Numbered from the stretch's first letter, positions 10,901-18,348 are shown. The stretch is DNA of 20,000 bases from Barthelona sp. PAP020 (GCA_040182905.1 JARQWU010000025.1:51166-71165), one strand, 5' to 3'. Numbers and translations: made by a program. The notes: generated from the letters alone by a model not told the origin.

Positions 10901-13900
10901 CAAAGTTATTGTTTCAACACTGTGTTCAGTAATTTTATTCAAAATGCTATTGGATATTTCATTTGAAAATTCTAAATCTGTATGAAAAATTGGAAAATTC
11001 AAATCAATAAAATTTAATTGTTGAAATTTAAAGAATTTATCAATATCTGAAAACAAATTTTCAGCAAAAATCATATCTTTCATTAGTTTAGTAAAATTTT
11101 TCAATTCAAACAAATCCAATTTGATAAAATCTTTTACAAATCCTTTACAAAAATCAAATCCAAATAACAATTCAAATTTACTCTGAATTGCTAAGGTTTT
11201 TGAATTGAAATTAGATCCACTCTCTTTGAATTCATTCAAAACATTTAAAATATTCAAAATAATTTCAAAATATTCGAAATATTGTCTAAAAATGGTTTGC
11301 AAAAAATCACAAACCTCTAAAGTACTCTCATTCTTGAAATTTTGAAACTTTTCAAAACATTTTTCAAAAACATCAATGGAATTCTTGGGAAAATCAATCA
11401 ATTCGTCATCACAGATCTTTTCAAATCCTTGCAAACAGAATTCAATTATTTTTACCAAATAACCCAATTCATCAATGATATTTTTCAATTCCAAAATTTT
11501 TTCCTTTTCTTCAACAATTTTATCAATTCCAATCAAAGCACAACTGATATTGTAATGATTAATATCACTAATATATTTTTCCAAAACATTTGCATATTTA
11601 AAACAATAATCCTTTTGCTTTATTAACCTTGAATTGATAAAACTAATATTATGAGGAAAATACAAATCAGTGAACAAAAATTTGGGAAATTTTAACAATC
11701 TTCTGTGAAAAACATAAAAGAACAGTGATATTTTGTTCTTTATATCAATTATATTTTTGTGAATGGTTTTGCAATATTCTAAGAATTCAATTGAATTCAA
11801 AATTTCATCAAAAATCATTTTTCTTCTATAAAATGAATATTCAGAGATTTTCATCTTAATTAAAGTCAAATCTTTACTGTAATCATCCCATTTGAAATTA
11901 TTAGCTATATATTTGAAAACTGTCTCAATATCATTAATATTCTCCAAAAATATATACCGATATTTTATCAAATTTTCAACATTTCTTGAATTTTTTAAAA
12001 ATTTCATGAATTTTCTTTCACTGTTTGCAATTTCTTCATATACTCTTTTTAATAACAAATAATTATGGCTTAAACAATCTTCAATCTTTTTTTCAATAAT
12101 TTTAATCAAAGAAAATTTAAAACTTTCCTGATTTAAACGATAATTTTCAATATTTTTGAAAGGTTCCAAACTTTCAATCACATTTTTAACATCTACCAAA
12201 TATTTCATCTGTTTATTCAAAGCATCATTTAAACATTCAATATCTTCCAAAGATGGATATAGAATTTCAAATTCTTTGTCTAATTTCAAATGATTTAAAC
12301 AATTAAACTTCAAATCTTTAAAAACTAAACATTGATTCATTTGATTTTCTTCTTGATTTTTTTCTTGTTGCCTTTGAGAATAACTTTTGGATTGAACAAT
12401 CAAACCTTTAAACTGCTTTTCAAGAGACTTTCTATATTCTAACATTTTTCTATTCACAAGAAAAATATGTTCCAATCCAATCAACAAAATTTCATGAAAA
12501 TTTTCTGAAATTTTAAAACTATCAAGGCTTTGTCTTAAAACTTTCATATCAAATAATTTAAAGACAGGAATATGTTCAATCAATTCATCAAATACATTGT
12601 CAATACATAACAATAAACAATTGAGAACAACGAAAAAATTTGAAAACATATCATCTGCATTCAGATCTGTTGACTTCACTTCCATCTTTATTCTTTCCAA
12701 TCCTATTTTTTGTACACTATAACTTCGCATCAAAAGACTTCTTGAAATATTTAGCTTACTGTTCAAATTAAAAGGTTTGGTTATTTCTTCAAGAGAATCT
12801 ATTAACTGGTCAAATACTACATCTTTATTAAGTTTTGGAACAAACACTATTTCGTTGATGAATAAGTTTATGTTACCTTCAAAAGTAATATCTTTTGAAG
12901 CTAAAGAATTAAATAATACTTCTAATAAATGGCAAATTAATTTTACTAATTTTCCAAAAATTTTGAAATAAAAAAAATTCAAAAAATTCATCCATTTTAA
13001 ATCACCGATTGGTAAAACGATTTCATCAAAACAATTTTTCAATTTAATATTGATTTTGTCAAATATTTCGGTGCAAAAAAATTTCAAAATGTTGAAATTT
13101 TGTTGAAAATAATCAATTGTTTGATCAACTTTTAAATTTTTATTGGCTTTAAATATGGAGGTTTTTAATGCATCAAATTCATCAAGACAATCAAATAGAT
13201 CTTCAAAAAGAATATTCTTACGTGTTATTCCTTGTAATAATGGGTAATTTAAATGAATAATTTCTAATAATTCAAAATTTTTCCATGTTATATCTCTTTG
13301 TAATTCTTTCAAAACGTTTTCAATTTCATCAACGTTTTCACCAATAATATTGTAAACTTCTTTGCTTTGTTCTTTGGATTTCATGAACATTTGAATAAAA
13401 TTGTTCAATAAAGCATATATATGTAAAAATTCTTTTGTATTTGTTAAAAATGTGTTGATTTCAAATAAAGAAATAGTAGGAAGCATAGGTTTTGTTAAAG
13501 AACAATGTAATAAGAATAGATATATTCCTTTGATATACCGTATCTTTTCCAAATAGACTAATACATCTGTAGTGGAATAATCTTCATCAATAACTTTTTC
13601 ATTCATTAAATTAATAATATCTGTCTTTATTTTTTTGAAAATTATCTCAAAAGTATCAAATATTCTTCCAAATTTTTGAATAAACATTTTTTCCAAAGTT
13701 TCATGTTTAAAAACTAAAAATTCTATACATTCCATCATTAATTGAGGATCAATAACTAAATTATATTTGACATTAAACAAAGATTTTTCCCAACGTCTTA
13801 AAAAATGCTTAAACTTATCAAAAAATATATCAAAATTTTCAAAATCACCAACATTTCTTTCCATATCAACATTCAATTTTAATGCATATTGTTCAATTAT

Positions 13901-15895
13901 TATTTTCAATTTGGAAATATTTATTTGTTTAAATAAAGAAGCTTCATAAATAAAAAAAGAATGCATTTTCTTCAATTCTTTCAAATCTTCCTGTGATATA
14001 TCATTTAACAACATTTTCACTTGTTCTTCAATATATGTTTGAGTCATCAATACTTCCAAAATCAAAGAAAAGCAATGTAATTCAATACAATTATTGACCA
14101 TCAATAAACCATGTTCTTTAGCACTGAAATTCATACAATCATTAACATATTGGATACGAAACTCCAAAGGAACATTAGCAGACGAACAATCATGTATGAT
14201 CTTTGTATAAATAGTTTCAATTGAATGAAACTTGTTTTTTAGATTGTAAGAAGGAATATCAAAATATTTTGGCTCCAAATCAAAAAATGAAGTGTTTTCA
14301 AATTTAATCAATTCATTTATACGCTTCATTGTGATTTCTCCATGCTTTTGAACAGCTGACACATTTTCAAAATCAATATTTACATCTTTTGACTTAACTT
14401 TCATTAAATCTTCCCAAAATATATCAATGGCTTCTTTTAATTCATTCTTTAAAGCGATTTGTGTCGAAATACTATGACAACATTGATCTGAAAATATTAA
14501 TGGAAATTCTAAAGAAAAATATGAAGAAAATTGTAAAATATTTGTAAATATTTCCAATAAATCAATATTTCTATCCATTTGAACATCAATTTGCAAAAAC
14601 ATTGAAGAAGAAGTTTGAGTATTCCAAGTCACTGGTTGATTAGTTTTAAATTTTCCAACAAAATTTGTTTTTACATCAAAAAAACATCCTTTCAAACGAC
14701 TTAAAACCTTATTAAAAATATTAATACGCTCTATGTAAGGAAAATAACATTCAAAATTATTAAATATTTCCTTAGCAAAATTTCCACTTTCAAATAATAG
14801 TTTATGATCACAATTAACATAAGATCTACCTTTTCTACACACCAAAGAAGCAATACTAAATAAAAAACTTTGTAAAATCCCAACATCATTAATTTCAGCA
14901 TATAATACTGCTGTTATATATAATTGGTGTAAAATTTGACTACAAATTGGAACCATTTTTAGAAATTCAATTTCTTCAATAAGTTCAAATTTTCTTTTTA
15001 ATTTTCTTGTAATTTCAATAATAGACATGTATTGAACCATCGTTTCATCAAGAGTTGAAATGATAGATATCAAATTTTGATGCAAATTCGGTGAAATTTC
15101 ACGCATCATATTGATAAACATCAACGCATCATCACTGTATAATTTTGTTCGTAATATATCGAGTTGTCTCCAATATCTCTTTATTTCAAAAAATAATTTC
15201 AAAGGACTTTCTTGATAACCAGGCTTTTTCAAAACAAATTCAATTTCTGTAATCCAATGCTGTAAAATAATATTCAATTTATTGATTAAATCGATTTTTA
15301 ATAAATTTGACGCTGCAATATTTGATTGATTCAAAAATGAAGTTAAATTTTGCGATTGTTCTTGAACAAGGTAAAAAAAATTTAAAATATTTGCATCCAA
15401 TATTATTATTTCGCATTCAGATCTTATATTTATAGTATCACTTAAAAATTGTGCAATGGTTGTCCAAAAATTGATTTCAGCAAAATCAATAGATCTTTTT
15501 GAACAATTATCAATCTCGTTTGTATGTTTTAAAACAATAGGCAACAATTTTCGAAATAAATTGATGCCATCTTTAATCAAGTTTGTTCGTAAAAAGCTAC
15601 CAAAAAAAAGACTATTTTCAACATCAACCCATTTTCCATTCACTTTATACATGTAAATAATTCGATCAATTTTCTTTTGTTTAATTTCAGGGTTATAATC
15701 TTGTAAAAGGTAAAAATGTGAATCTATTTCTTTAATCAATAAATATTCAATATAATTAGAGTCAATAAATCGTTGAATATGGGGTGAAATAATGATATCT
15801 TTGAAAAATCTTTTAATTTCATTTCTTTGTAAATAATTACTTAGTTTTCGTTCCATTTGAATTTGTATTAATGGATTTTGTGATTCATATTTCAT
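1973..15895 (-). CDS. Highly divergent dynein heavy chain-like protein (4640 aa), degenerate AAA ring, two IQ motifs
   Basis: Single uninterrupted ORF of dynein heavy chain size with collinear remnants. DHC_N1-like: 'LNIILQHWITEIEFVLK' (~15230-15280) and 'W...SMFLQIDVQMDRNIDLLEIFTNILQF' (~14530-14625). Linker-like: 'PPLTQRFLMIYDKY' and 'FIDFYRTKL...FILFNGNTLEKYL'. AAA1-like block at 9131-9409; AAA3 Walker-B-like 'LILYVDNF' (~7600-7620). Coiled coils flank an MTBD-like 'QFFIDIKAFDRKDF' (~5650-5690). No GxxxxGK[TS] seen by eye. Confidence 0.75.
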   Translation of the reverse strand: MKYESQNPLIQIQMERKLSNYLQRNEIKRFFKDIIISPHIQRFIDSNYIEYLLIKEIDSHFYLLQDYNPEIKQKKIDRIIYMYKVNGKWVDVENSLFFGSFLRTNLIKDGINLFRKLLPIVLKHTNEIDNCSKRSIDFAEINFWTTIAQFLSDTINIRSECEIIILDANILNFFYLVQEQSQNLTSFLNQSNIAASNLLKIDLINKLNIILQHWITEIEFVLKKPGYQESPLKLFFEIKRYWRQLDILRTKLYSDDALMFINMMREISPNLHQNLISIISTLDETMVQYMSIIEITRKLKRKFELIEEIEFLKMVPICSQILHQLYITAVLYAEINDVGILQSFLFSIASLVCRKGRSYVNCDHKLLFESGNFAKEIFNNFECYFPYIERINIFNKVLSRLKGCFFDVKTNFVGKFKTNQPVTWNTQTSSSMFLQIDVQMDRNIDLLEIFTNILQFSSYFSLEFPLIFSDQCCHSISTQIALKNELKEAIDIFWEDLMKVKSKDVNIDFENVSAVQKHGEITMKRINELIKFENTSFFDLEPKYFDIPSYNLKNKFHSIETIYTKIIHDCSSANVPLEFRIQYVNDCMNFSAKEHGLLMVNNCIELHCFSLILEVLMTQTYIEEQVKMLLNDISQEDLKELKKMHSFFIYEASLFKQINISKLKIIIEQYALKLNVDMERNVGDFENFDIFFDKFKHFLRRWEKSLFNVKYNLVIDPQLMMECIEFLVFKHETLEKMFIQKFGRIFDTFEIIFKKIKTDIINLMNEKVIDEDYSTTDVLVYLEKIRYIKGIYLFLLHCSLTKPMLPTISLFEINTFLTNTKEFLHIYALLNNFIQMFMKSKEQSKEVYNIIGENVDEIENVLKELQRDITWKNFELLEIIHLNYPLLQGITRKNILFEDLFDCLDEFDALKTSIFKANKNLKVDQTIDYFQQNFNILKFFCTEIFDKINIKLKNCFDEIVLPIGDLKWMNFLNFFYFKIFGKLVKLICHLLEVLFNSLASKDITFEGNINLFINEIVFVPKLNKDVVFDQLIDSLEEITKPFNLNSKLNISRSLLMRSYSVQKIGLERIKMEVKSTDLNADDMFSNFFVVLNCLLLCIDNVFDELIEHIPVFKLFDMKVLRQSLDSFKISENFHEILLIGLEHIFLVNRKMLEYRKSLEKQFKGLIVQSKSYSQRQQEKNQEENQMNQCLVFKDLKFNCLNHLKLDKEFEILYPSLEDIECLNDALNKQMKYLVDVKNVIESLEPFKNIENYRLNQESFKFSLIKIIEKKIEDCLSHNYLLLKRVYEEIANSERKFMKFLKNSRNVENLIKYRYIFLENINDIETVFKYIANNFKWDDYSKDLTLIKMKISEYSFYRRKMIFDEILNSIEFLEYCKTIHKNIIDIKNKISLFFYVFHRRLLKFPKFLFTDLYFPHNISFINSRLIKQKDYCFKYANVLEKYISDINHYNISCALIGIDKIVEEKEKILELKNIIDELGYLVKIIEFCLQGFEKICDDELIDFPKNSIDVFEKCFEKFQNFKNESTLEVCDFLQTIFRQYFEYFEIILNILNVLNEFKESGSNFNSKTLAIQSKFELLFGFDFCKGFVKDFIKLDLFELKNFTKLMKDMIFAENLFSDIDKFFKFQQLNFIDLNFPIFHTDLEFSNEISNSILNKITEHSVETITLNKDDVEDIRTLKRLKDAAIVNEERIATKLTVQKPISIGVTAQEKIQAFFKGIYVRKFLLTDENYLEYRKNIKKQVEKLQNIVFIQQHIKGFLTRLKILNKKREDSMNTIYFGYNSNNSKKDSIKNSEQEMEDKIDVKISIIEEFSILNERSKSLMTHIHEIFEKLLQINWITTKEISNVSNDYIILLDKTMKVLKVLENISQNFQKAFLLGNIYNHPPLTQRFLMIYDKYCYILSIIKESSSFLETINKLNEIEANNKFNQLDIDLTRLFNSFIDFYRTKLLNESSLFILFNGNTLEKYLINFYLRKQTTVLNRELFLPQIDEFINFSDCIYSLIQRMKNQKIEVFIELKIVYFKYIRDVNLNFHDFLQQIKEFSEKYQYILLKEYLDKNYDNLEICQDIYDKIYSLLSTDLNTNVNNINIFTLLCLYGYKLGVIEQIFEKKEIYSSNENENFFITETEIETENFVSFTLQPLFYLKPIPFTFNFDEEYIIYHDFKIPFGFFNTTDFKRASPYVENILIDLIECLDKGYCLNIFCESSILFETIKAIKEYFGYEIIILNEISKDLKRSINDFLHVCLENSILVLFRLSTIEEFSFDTCVNECCIVYFENEQQMNINKYVCGKIHHVTNEVFNLIDRIKQLIIIDIIKNKNSSLIRKDLDVSLIINILNALNDIGIEFSFTEKVWKLILYVLKKENVTISVLEISRCLLGYLQHFAIDSTLFKQFDIIPRSISLIDILKADIQQFNSYNRNIPSFTKIFVPNYVTEDEIIAELSQSCNCKTFYKCTESNGLGLEKIENIFKTYQQQAKNNKDLKCTIQKEEKEEETNENGENEDFDIIFINENVDIFKLYRLTINDEIQFSKSIIFIMLIKENYNVDCYLRHETVNKIDGIIMSEFLPNDSISYHKLEFLHSIYPYIQHLMSSRIFYEILDIYISLIKDKFKEWYYYVGLIDSIKNSVKWIFAERKKEKKQIDLELFFSLSLIFLQYLTNNDSFEDLFKQFNQSNTLKSFCFYLNTKPCSFEIINQFTTYNNNFNDINDNVLIVTETYQNIIDKFEVNYLYLTQEIDLITLKQMIDSICEIKFEEFMFSKGNSHLILYVDNFQIANEEIVSYLMNLLEVHYNLKLILGLTTNVENCWEIQTYEKLPAFHKFKFFPTNNFSNFNNILNSFTKHLNYNLKLYFAYSIKYPLGYHEQLMFEIQNCIDNCIFDNSKENIEVILYFFLFQCFISSRFDKLIEFKKLKEIFKSSVQKFYTSGPNIHYGQVCFVPVKLLEYLKIENQKMYVVKTPTGLEFDLVNDTFDLFTIIVKEFNLKNVSNILRIFWILFIIQFDSLHFFCEERIDNECFDIIRRISNICSSKHLECSTLECSKNVEEFYVFEHLIEKFESFLNILVDKIHISKKIIVLVPLDNFDPKILFILLNIVYWNHFSFNNTKLLVLKTYFTTVFDKAMLNVLQTISADLILNNNIVFKLYECLNDITFIFQGNQNYSRHYLKIFPCLDVHLRNNEILSWEINAILKTNKENLSEQLMHHLCYCFIKCFDYFDNFKSSDCKNKEYFKHLIETFDIVYRFAFEFKKELTKKKEMYDKNFKSLLVEKLAINEKFALTKQKIKVLIERRDNTIHSLGERKMFLSTLKEKSIIEVNTTRYNTLKSILDKRKVEYNKKLDKFQKSYENLQNLDFFKFGDVIYQICHIHQLDHPLDHILLGFYAIIDNQTYENRIEDPIELLQRLKASLTAREQFFIDIKAFDRKDFIIDDKILQFISKILQTIAKMMIPITNPLFLLFLETLNNFFKLAQFTPVINDLKQTLRMENERITNQNVQNEVLIEQIGDIKKQMIDLSNSLDEVTKKILIKKEEVNICLNELAELEKRILIKPSFVEHDINFEFAEALSSYCAFEISLLPLMLYKDKKKVEEFLHKDLSERNLIFGVDFKEFISVVERFMILFLSRHYQSSITNFPNGRQIDMLGSIIGDILNNPSRFQSNANSIIPFDDMLGTEIQSEVISVVEETEAYSISSSRGGYASVQDNSDEMIVSSDDDNNNNSNDGIEFDDSFENDESSLSQDFYQTTSVYDEFTGENDVICEVVEEIGSDEEDEDFNLLDEMNGKTSAYSNGIDKIFSAIDEDQLNQFKLNNVVFSFSSNHNQLESFEIKNSNGFFSILLKLDPLSISFIFFNQFIQLINFPKSLVQDLALLFNDCSLITKWIDLRPNTINIIDCNELPDKELDFNSFNEQTQVIWISEIPLDHYLFNKYHFHLKNSTLNYVLGVLLLPDSSKETMLNIIRLYRPENTIESVDDNILKDTQELFEYFDKNYFEKFTPCLQIFQLFCIIATVNKSHQIYHNISVFHILEKILGIFHHCNIFSEHFEIVQVFECLKKFNFMEKFQIGIQFAFELGYITRHDIEVIEMILCEKITSVEEIIEYYNKSSENFKKSFEKKKNSFYEWLDYEENESLLLPLEEPWHNVHQVIFILVLKPSKVLFALDCFFNDIGFKFFGVKSDIDELDKSNFALIFDQKLHAFVTKLTEFFNVDSSLYTFESAENMAKITLTLEKSDQFLISFYNSKKFFMELFFVFTHLKIDLNTQLQQKTAVIYISLTYLAELLNIKKPTYYYLLYCCMGFKEYGNSFDFTYYFPLINNIKLKNWFNIFINSFSFDNQTQNVDHFIEKILSNFSCLFEDKKSIYSHFSGIFKRDLSLTYSKTNLSMYRLCNSYLNKLIHNTQDRFGVTSLNNDFNSFDENLQTYKVAMKKNLEDFIKLLRNIKKTFEINEFNYCLKQLEIFTYLSNNILPNLSFQNKIWHNHDFMTLDNFVQVFENIFQPLSINSFKNYHHVIDCTFLNKPSAYLFQNLRQKELFLILKKDLKKIQMSSHLQILRTINNLRINNVDIVNKESLNDELSKYSDVSKEKIKKLSFRMGNSILLKETCLIDILDDDKLKEYEKVKVFDDSILTVYLLFFNCTYNLNNTVENVLISIDCENRC
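10616..10768 (-). other. Two IQ (calmodulin/EF-hand light-chain-binding) motifs within the dynein-like ORF
   Basis: IQAFFKGIYVRK (aa ~1710, nt 10768-10733) and IQQHIKGFLTRL (aa ~1749, nt 10651-10616). Both fit IQxxx[RK]Gxxx[RK]. Confidence 0.75.
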
Positions 15896-15905
15896 TTCAT
15901 TTCAT
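15891..15905 (-). repeat. (ATGAA)x3 tandem repeat overlapping the start codon of the dynein-like gene
   Basis: The plus strand reads ttcat-ttcat-ttcat. On the minus strand the first two ATGs each read ATG AAA TGA, and the third opens the 4640-aa frame. Confidence 0.7.
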
Positions 15906-16349
15906 TAAATTAACACAAAATTCTACACATTTAATAAAAAACAATTTTCATTTTTTTTTTTTGAAGGTAAACCTGTTAAATTTTATTTGTTTTCTTGTTG
16001 TTTTTATCATTTTTACTTGAAAATATTTTGATTTTGATGTTTTTGGACAAAATCATTCTCTTATCAAAATTATCAACTTTGTTTCAATTCAAAAAAATGT
16101 GTCTAATTCATTCCTGATGAAATGAATATTTTACCTTTAATACCTTTATTCACCCACATCTAAAAATTTTAACAAATAACTCCTTTTAACAGGAACTCCC
16201 CAAGTGTGAAATCTTTGCTGAAGTGAATTATCAAAAAAAATTTGGACAGACATGTATAAAAATGAATGAAAGTTCAAATCTCAAAAAAAATCTTTTTGCT
16301 TGAAATGTGAAAAGACAAAAAAGAACAAAAAATATTTACACAACAAATT

Positions 16350-17246
16350 TTATATTTCACTATCTACATCTTCAATTTCAACAACTACTTCCTCTTGCTC
16401 CTGAAAAAGCTCATCTTTTTCTTTCATATTTTTTGCATTTTTATAAAGTTCAAATGCTTTTTCAATGCGTGGTGTTTGTCGAAGATTTCTTGTGGAAATA
16501 TTTACGATTTGATAAACAAACCAAGCTTTGAATCTTCTAAATATCCCCAAATTGGCTTGAAATAGATAAGGCTTCAACAAATTTCCATCTTCATCACAAA
16601 TACCCTCGTTTACATAATATTCACAATCTATTGGAGATGTTCTTGAAAACACACATGATATAATTCGAAAATCTTGTTGTGCTCTTGCAGAAATTTTATA
16701 TTCTTCTTTAGGATGAGTCAAAGCAAATACGAAATTATTCAAATTATCAGAATCAAAATTATTTTCATCAAGCATCTTAAAAATGGTAAAACCACAAGAA
16801 TAACCACCCCAACGCTCACCCTGTTCCTGCATCCATAATGCAACATCTTTTTCATAGGCACCCCCAGTGGACACAACAACATGAAAGGGAGTTCCTCTTA
16901 AAAAAGGTCTATGCCAATATTTAGCCATTCTTGATGCCAATATATGAAAAAAACTAGTGCATGAATGAACATGAACTGGAGATGCCAAGATTAATCCATC
17001 ACAATTACTAATTTCTTGACAAATTTCTTCAAAATCATCCTTCAGATGACATTGTTTATCATGTAAAATGCAATTTGTGCAACCAATACATGGTTTCAAT
17101 ATCTTATTTCGCAAATGTATAACTTTCCAAGTGCAATCTGCAAATAATCCTTTCAGATGTTCTTGAATTTTCAGAACCATTCTCATCGTGGTACCTTTTT
17201 TATTTGGAGATCCGTTGATAATCAGAAAGTGTTTTTGACAATTCAT
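16350..17246 (-). CDS. Iron-sulfur flavoprotein (Isf) / NADPH-dependent FMN reductase (multimeric flavodoxin WrbA-like family)
   Basis: 298 aa. FMN phosphate loop 'IINGSPNKKGTT', compact cysteine motif C-IG-C-TN-C-ILHDKQ-C (CX2CX2CX6C, nt 17090-17049) followed by 'LKDD', then 'DGLILASPVH' and 'VVSTGG'. Long C-terminal extension with an acidic tail. Confidence 0.88.
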   Translation of the reverse strand: MNCQKHFLIINGSPNKKGTTMRMVLKIQEHLKGLFADCTWKVIHLRNKILKPCIGCTNCILHDKQCHLKDDFEEICQEISNCDGLILASPVHVHSCTSFFHILASRMAKYWHRPFLRGTPFHVVVSTGGAYEKDVALWMQEQGERWGGYSCGFTIFKMLDENNFDSDNLNNFVFALTHPKEEYKISARAQQDFRIISCVFSRTSPIDCEYYVNEGICDEDGNLLKPYLFQANLGIFRRFKAWFVYQIVNISTRNLRQTPRIEKAFELYKNAKNMKEKDELFQEQEEVVVEIEDVDSEI

Positions 17247-17567
17247 TATTGTAAAAAAAAAAATGTATGTTTTTTTTCACAAAATCAAAACTGATGTTCT
17301 TCTCTTTCTTAATCAGAAAGTTCTTTCAAAATTTCACACTTTCATGATCAAAAGAAAATTTTCCACTTAAAATGAAACTTGAATAACAGTGAACATGTGC
17401 CAAAGTAAAAAAGAGATAATTAAATTTTTTTTGAAAGTGAGACAAAAACCTGAAGGAAGATGAAATTGTCAAAAACAAATAATCAAAGTTTATCATATAA
17501 AGCTTTTTGAAATCTTTTTGAAATCTACAGACATGAGTCAATTTAATTTTCAGCAAAACAAAAAAGT

Positions 17568-18062
17568 TCAAAGATTTGTGGCTGTAACAACATTATCAAC
17601 AACCGATAATTTTCCTTTATCATCATCAAATTCCCCCTGCCATGTCATTTCTCCGTTGACATTATATCCTTTTGGTTTTAATATTACATCAATAATATAC
17701 GTTAACCATAAATCATACAAGTAAAAATTATCCATCCCATCCCATACAATGGTGTTATCCTCTTCAAATTTCCACCCTAACCAAAGACTGGGTTGAGTTG
17801 AAGGATTTTTGTTATAATCTACAACACTTTCATCATTGGTTTGTCCATAGTTTTGAAAATCTTTGGGATTAAAATACAATTCACCTTCTGAACCATATTT
17901 TTCAATGCATTTGGACAATGGAATCCCAAGCATCTTGGCTAATTTTTCCGGATCCCTGATCATTCTTCTGGTTTTCTGAATGCCCTGTAATTGTTTTTTA
18001 GTATCATTATCAACATGAGGGGTAACATCGAAATGTCCTGTAAAACTTGTAGTATATCCCAT
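17568..18062 (-). CDS. Conserved hypothetical protein resembling an uncharacterised phage / giant-virus / bacterial family
   Basis: 164 aa, ATG to TGA. The motif chain MGYTTxFxG...TRRMxRD...YGxEGE.Y...DYN..PSTQPSLW..W...WDG...FY.Y..WL.Y.I..IL.P.GY.VNG...WQGE...D.G...V.DN.V resembles hypothetical proteins I recall from bacteriophages, Nucleocytoviricota and some bacteria. Function unknown; family call from memory. Confidence 0.7.
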   Translation of the reverse strand: MGYTTSFTGHFDVTPHVDNDTKKQLQGIQKTRRMIRDPEKLAKMLGIPLSKCIEKYGSEGELYFNPKDFQNYGQTNDESVVDYNKNPSTQPSLWLGWKFEEDNTIVWDGMDNFYLYDLWLTYIIDVILKPKGYNVNGEMTWQGEFDDDKGKLSVVDNVVTATNL

Positions 18063-18348
18063 TGATTAAAAAGAAAAATATAAGACGTCTTTCTTTTTCA
18101 TTCAAACATAAATTTTAGCATCAGAATTATATGGTAAACTTAGAACATTGGAAAATAAAGGAAGATTTTGAAATATTAATCCAAAAATGTTTGTAGAAGG
18201 AATATGCTTCATTTAAAAACCTCCAAAGAGAAGAAGTTCAACAAAACGAAAAACTGAATAACTTTTTTTATGATTGAGCAAGACATAAAGAAAACAACAA
18301 AAAAAAAATTCTGAAGTTAGATATTGTTTCAAAGAAAAATGAAAATAA

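Noticed and set aside
2088..15656. Ten short ORFs (60-94 aa) inside the large gene, including the same-strand 4810-4995 frame
   Set aside because: Nested antisense or alternate-frame ORFs with low-complexity F/I/L/S/K composition, expected by chance within a long AT-rich CDS.
16106..16127. Hairpin ATTCATT-CCTGATGA-AATGAAT containing CTGATGA (hammerhead core or C-box look-alike)
   Set aside because: The flanks pair with each other rather than forming hammerhead stems I/II with a properly placed GAAA. The C box lacks the leading purine, and no convincing guide plus D box arrangement follows.
16307..17724. ORFs 16307-16531 (+), 17326-17571 (-) and 17518-17724 (+)
   Set aside because: Antisense overlaps or Phe/Lys-rich translations of AT-rich spacer, with no homology cues.
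18131..18277. Short plus-strand frame MVNLEHWKIKEDFEILIQKCL*KEYASF... with an in-frame TAG (pseudogene or TAG reassignment?)
   Set aside because: Only 48 codons and no recognisable family. The 4640-codon ORF contains no in-frame TAA/TAG, and genes here end in TAA, TGA and TAG, so the standard code applies.
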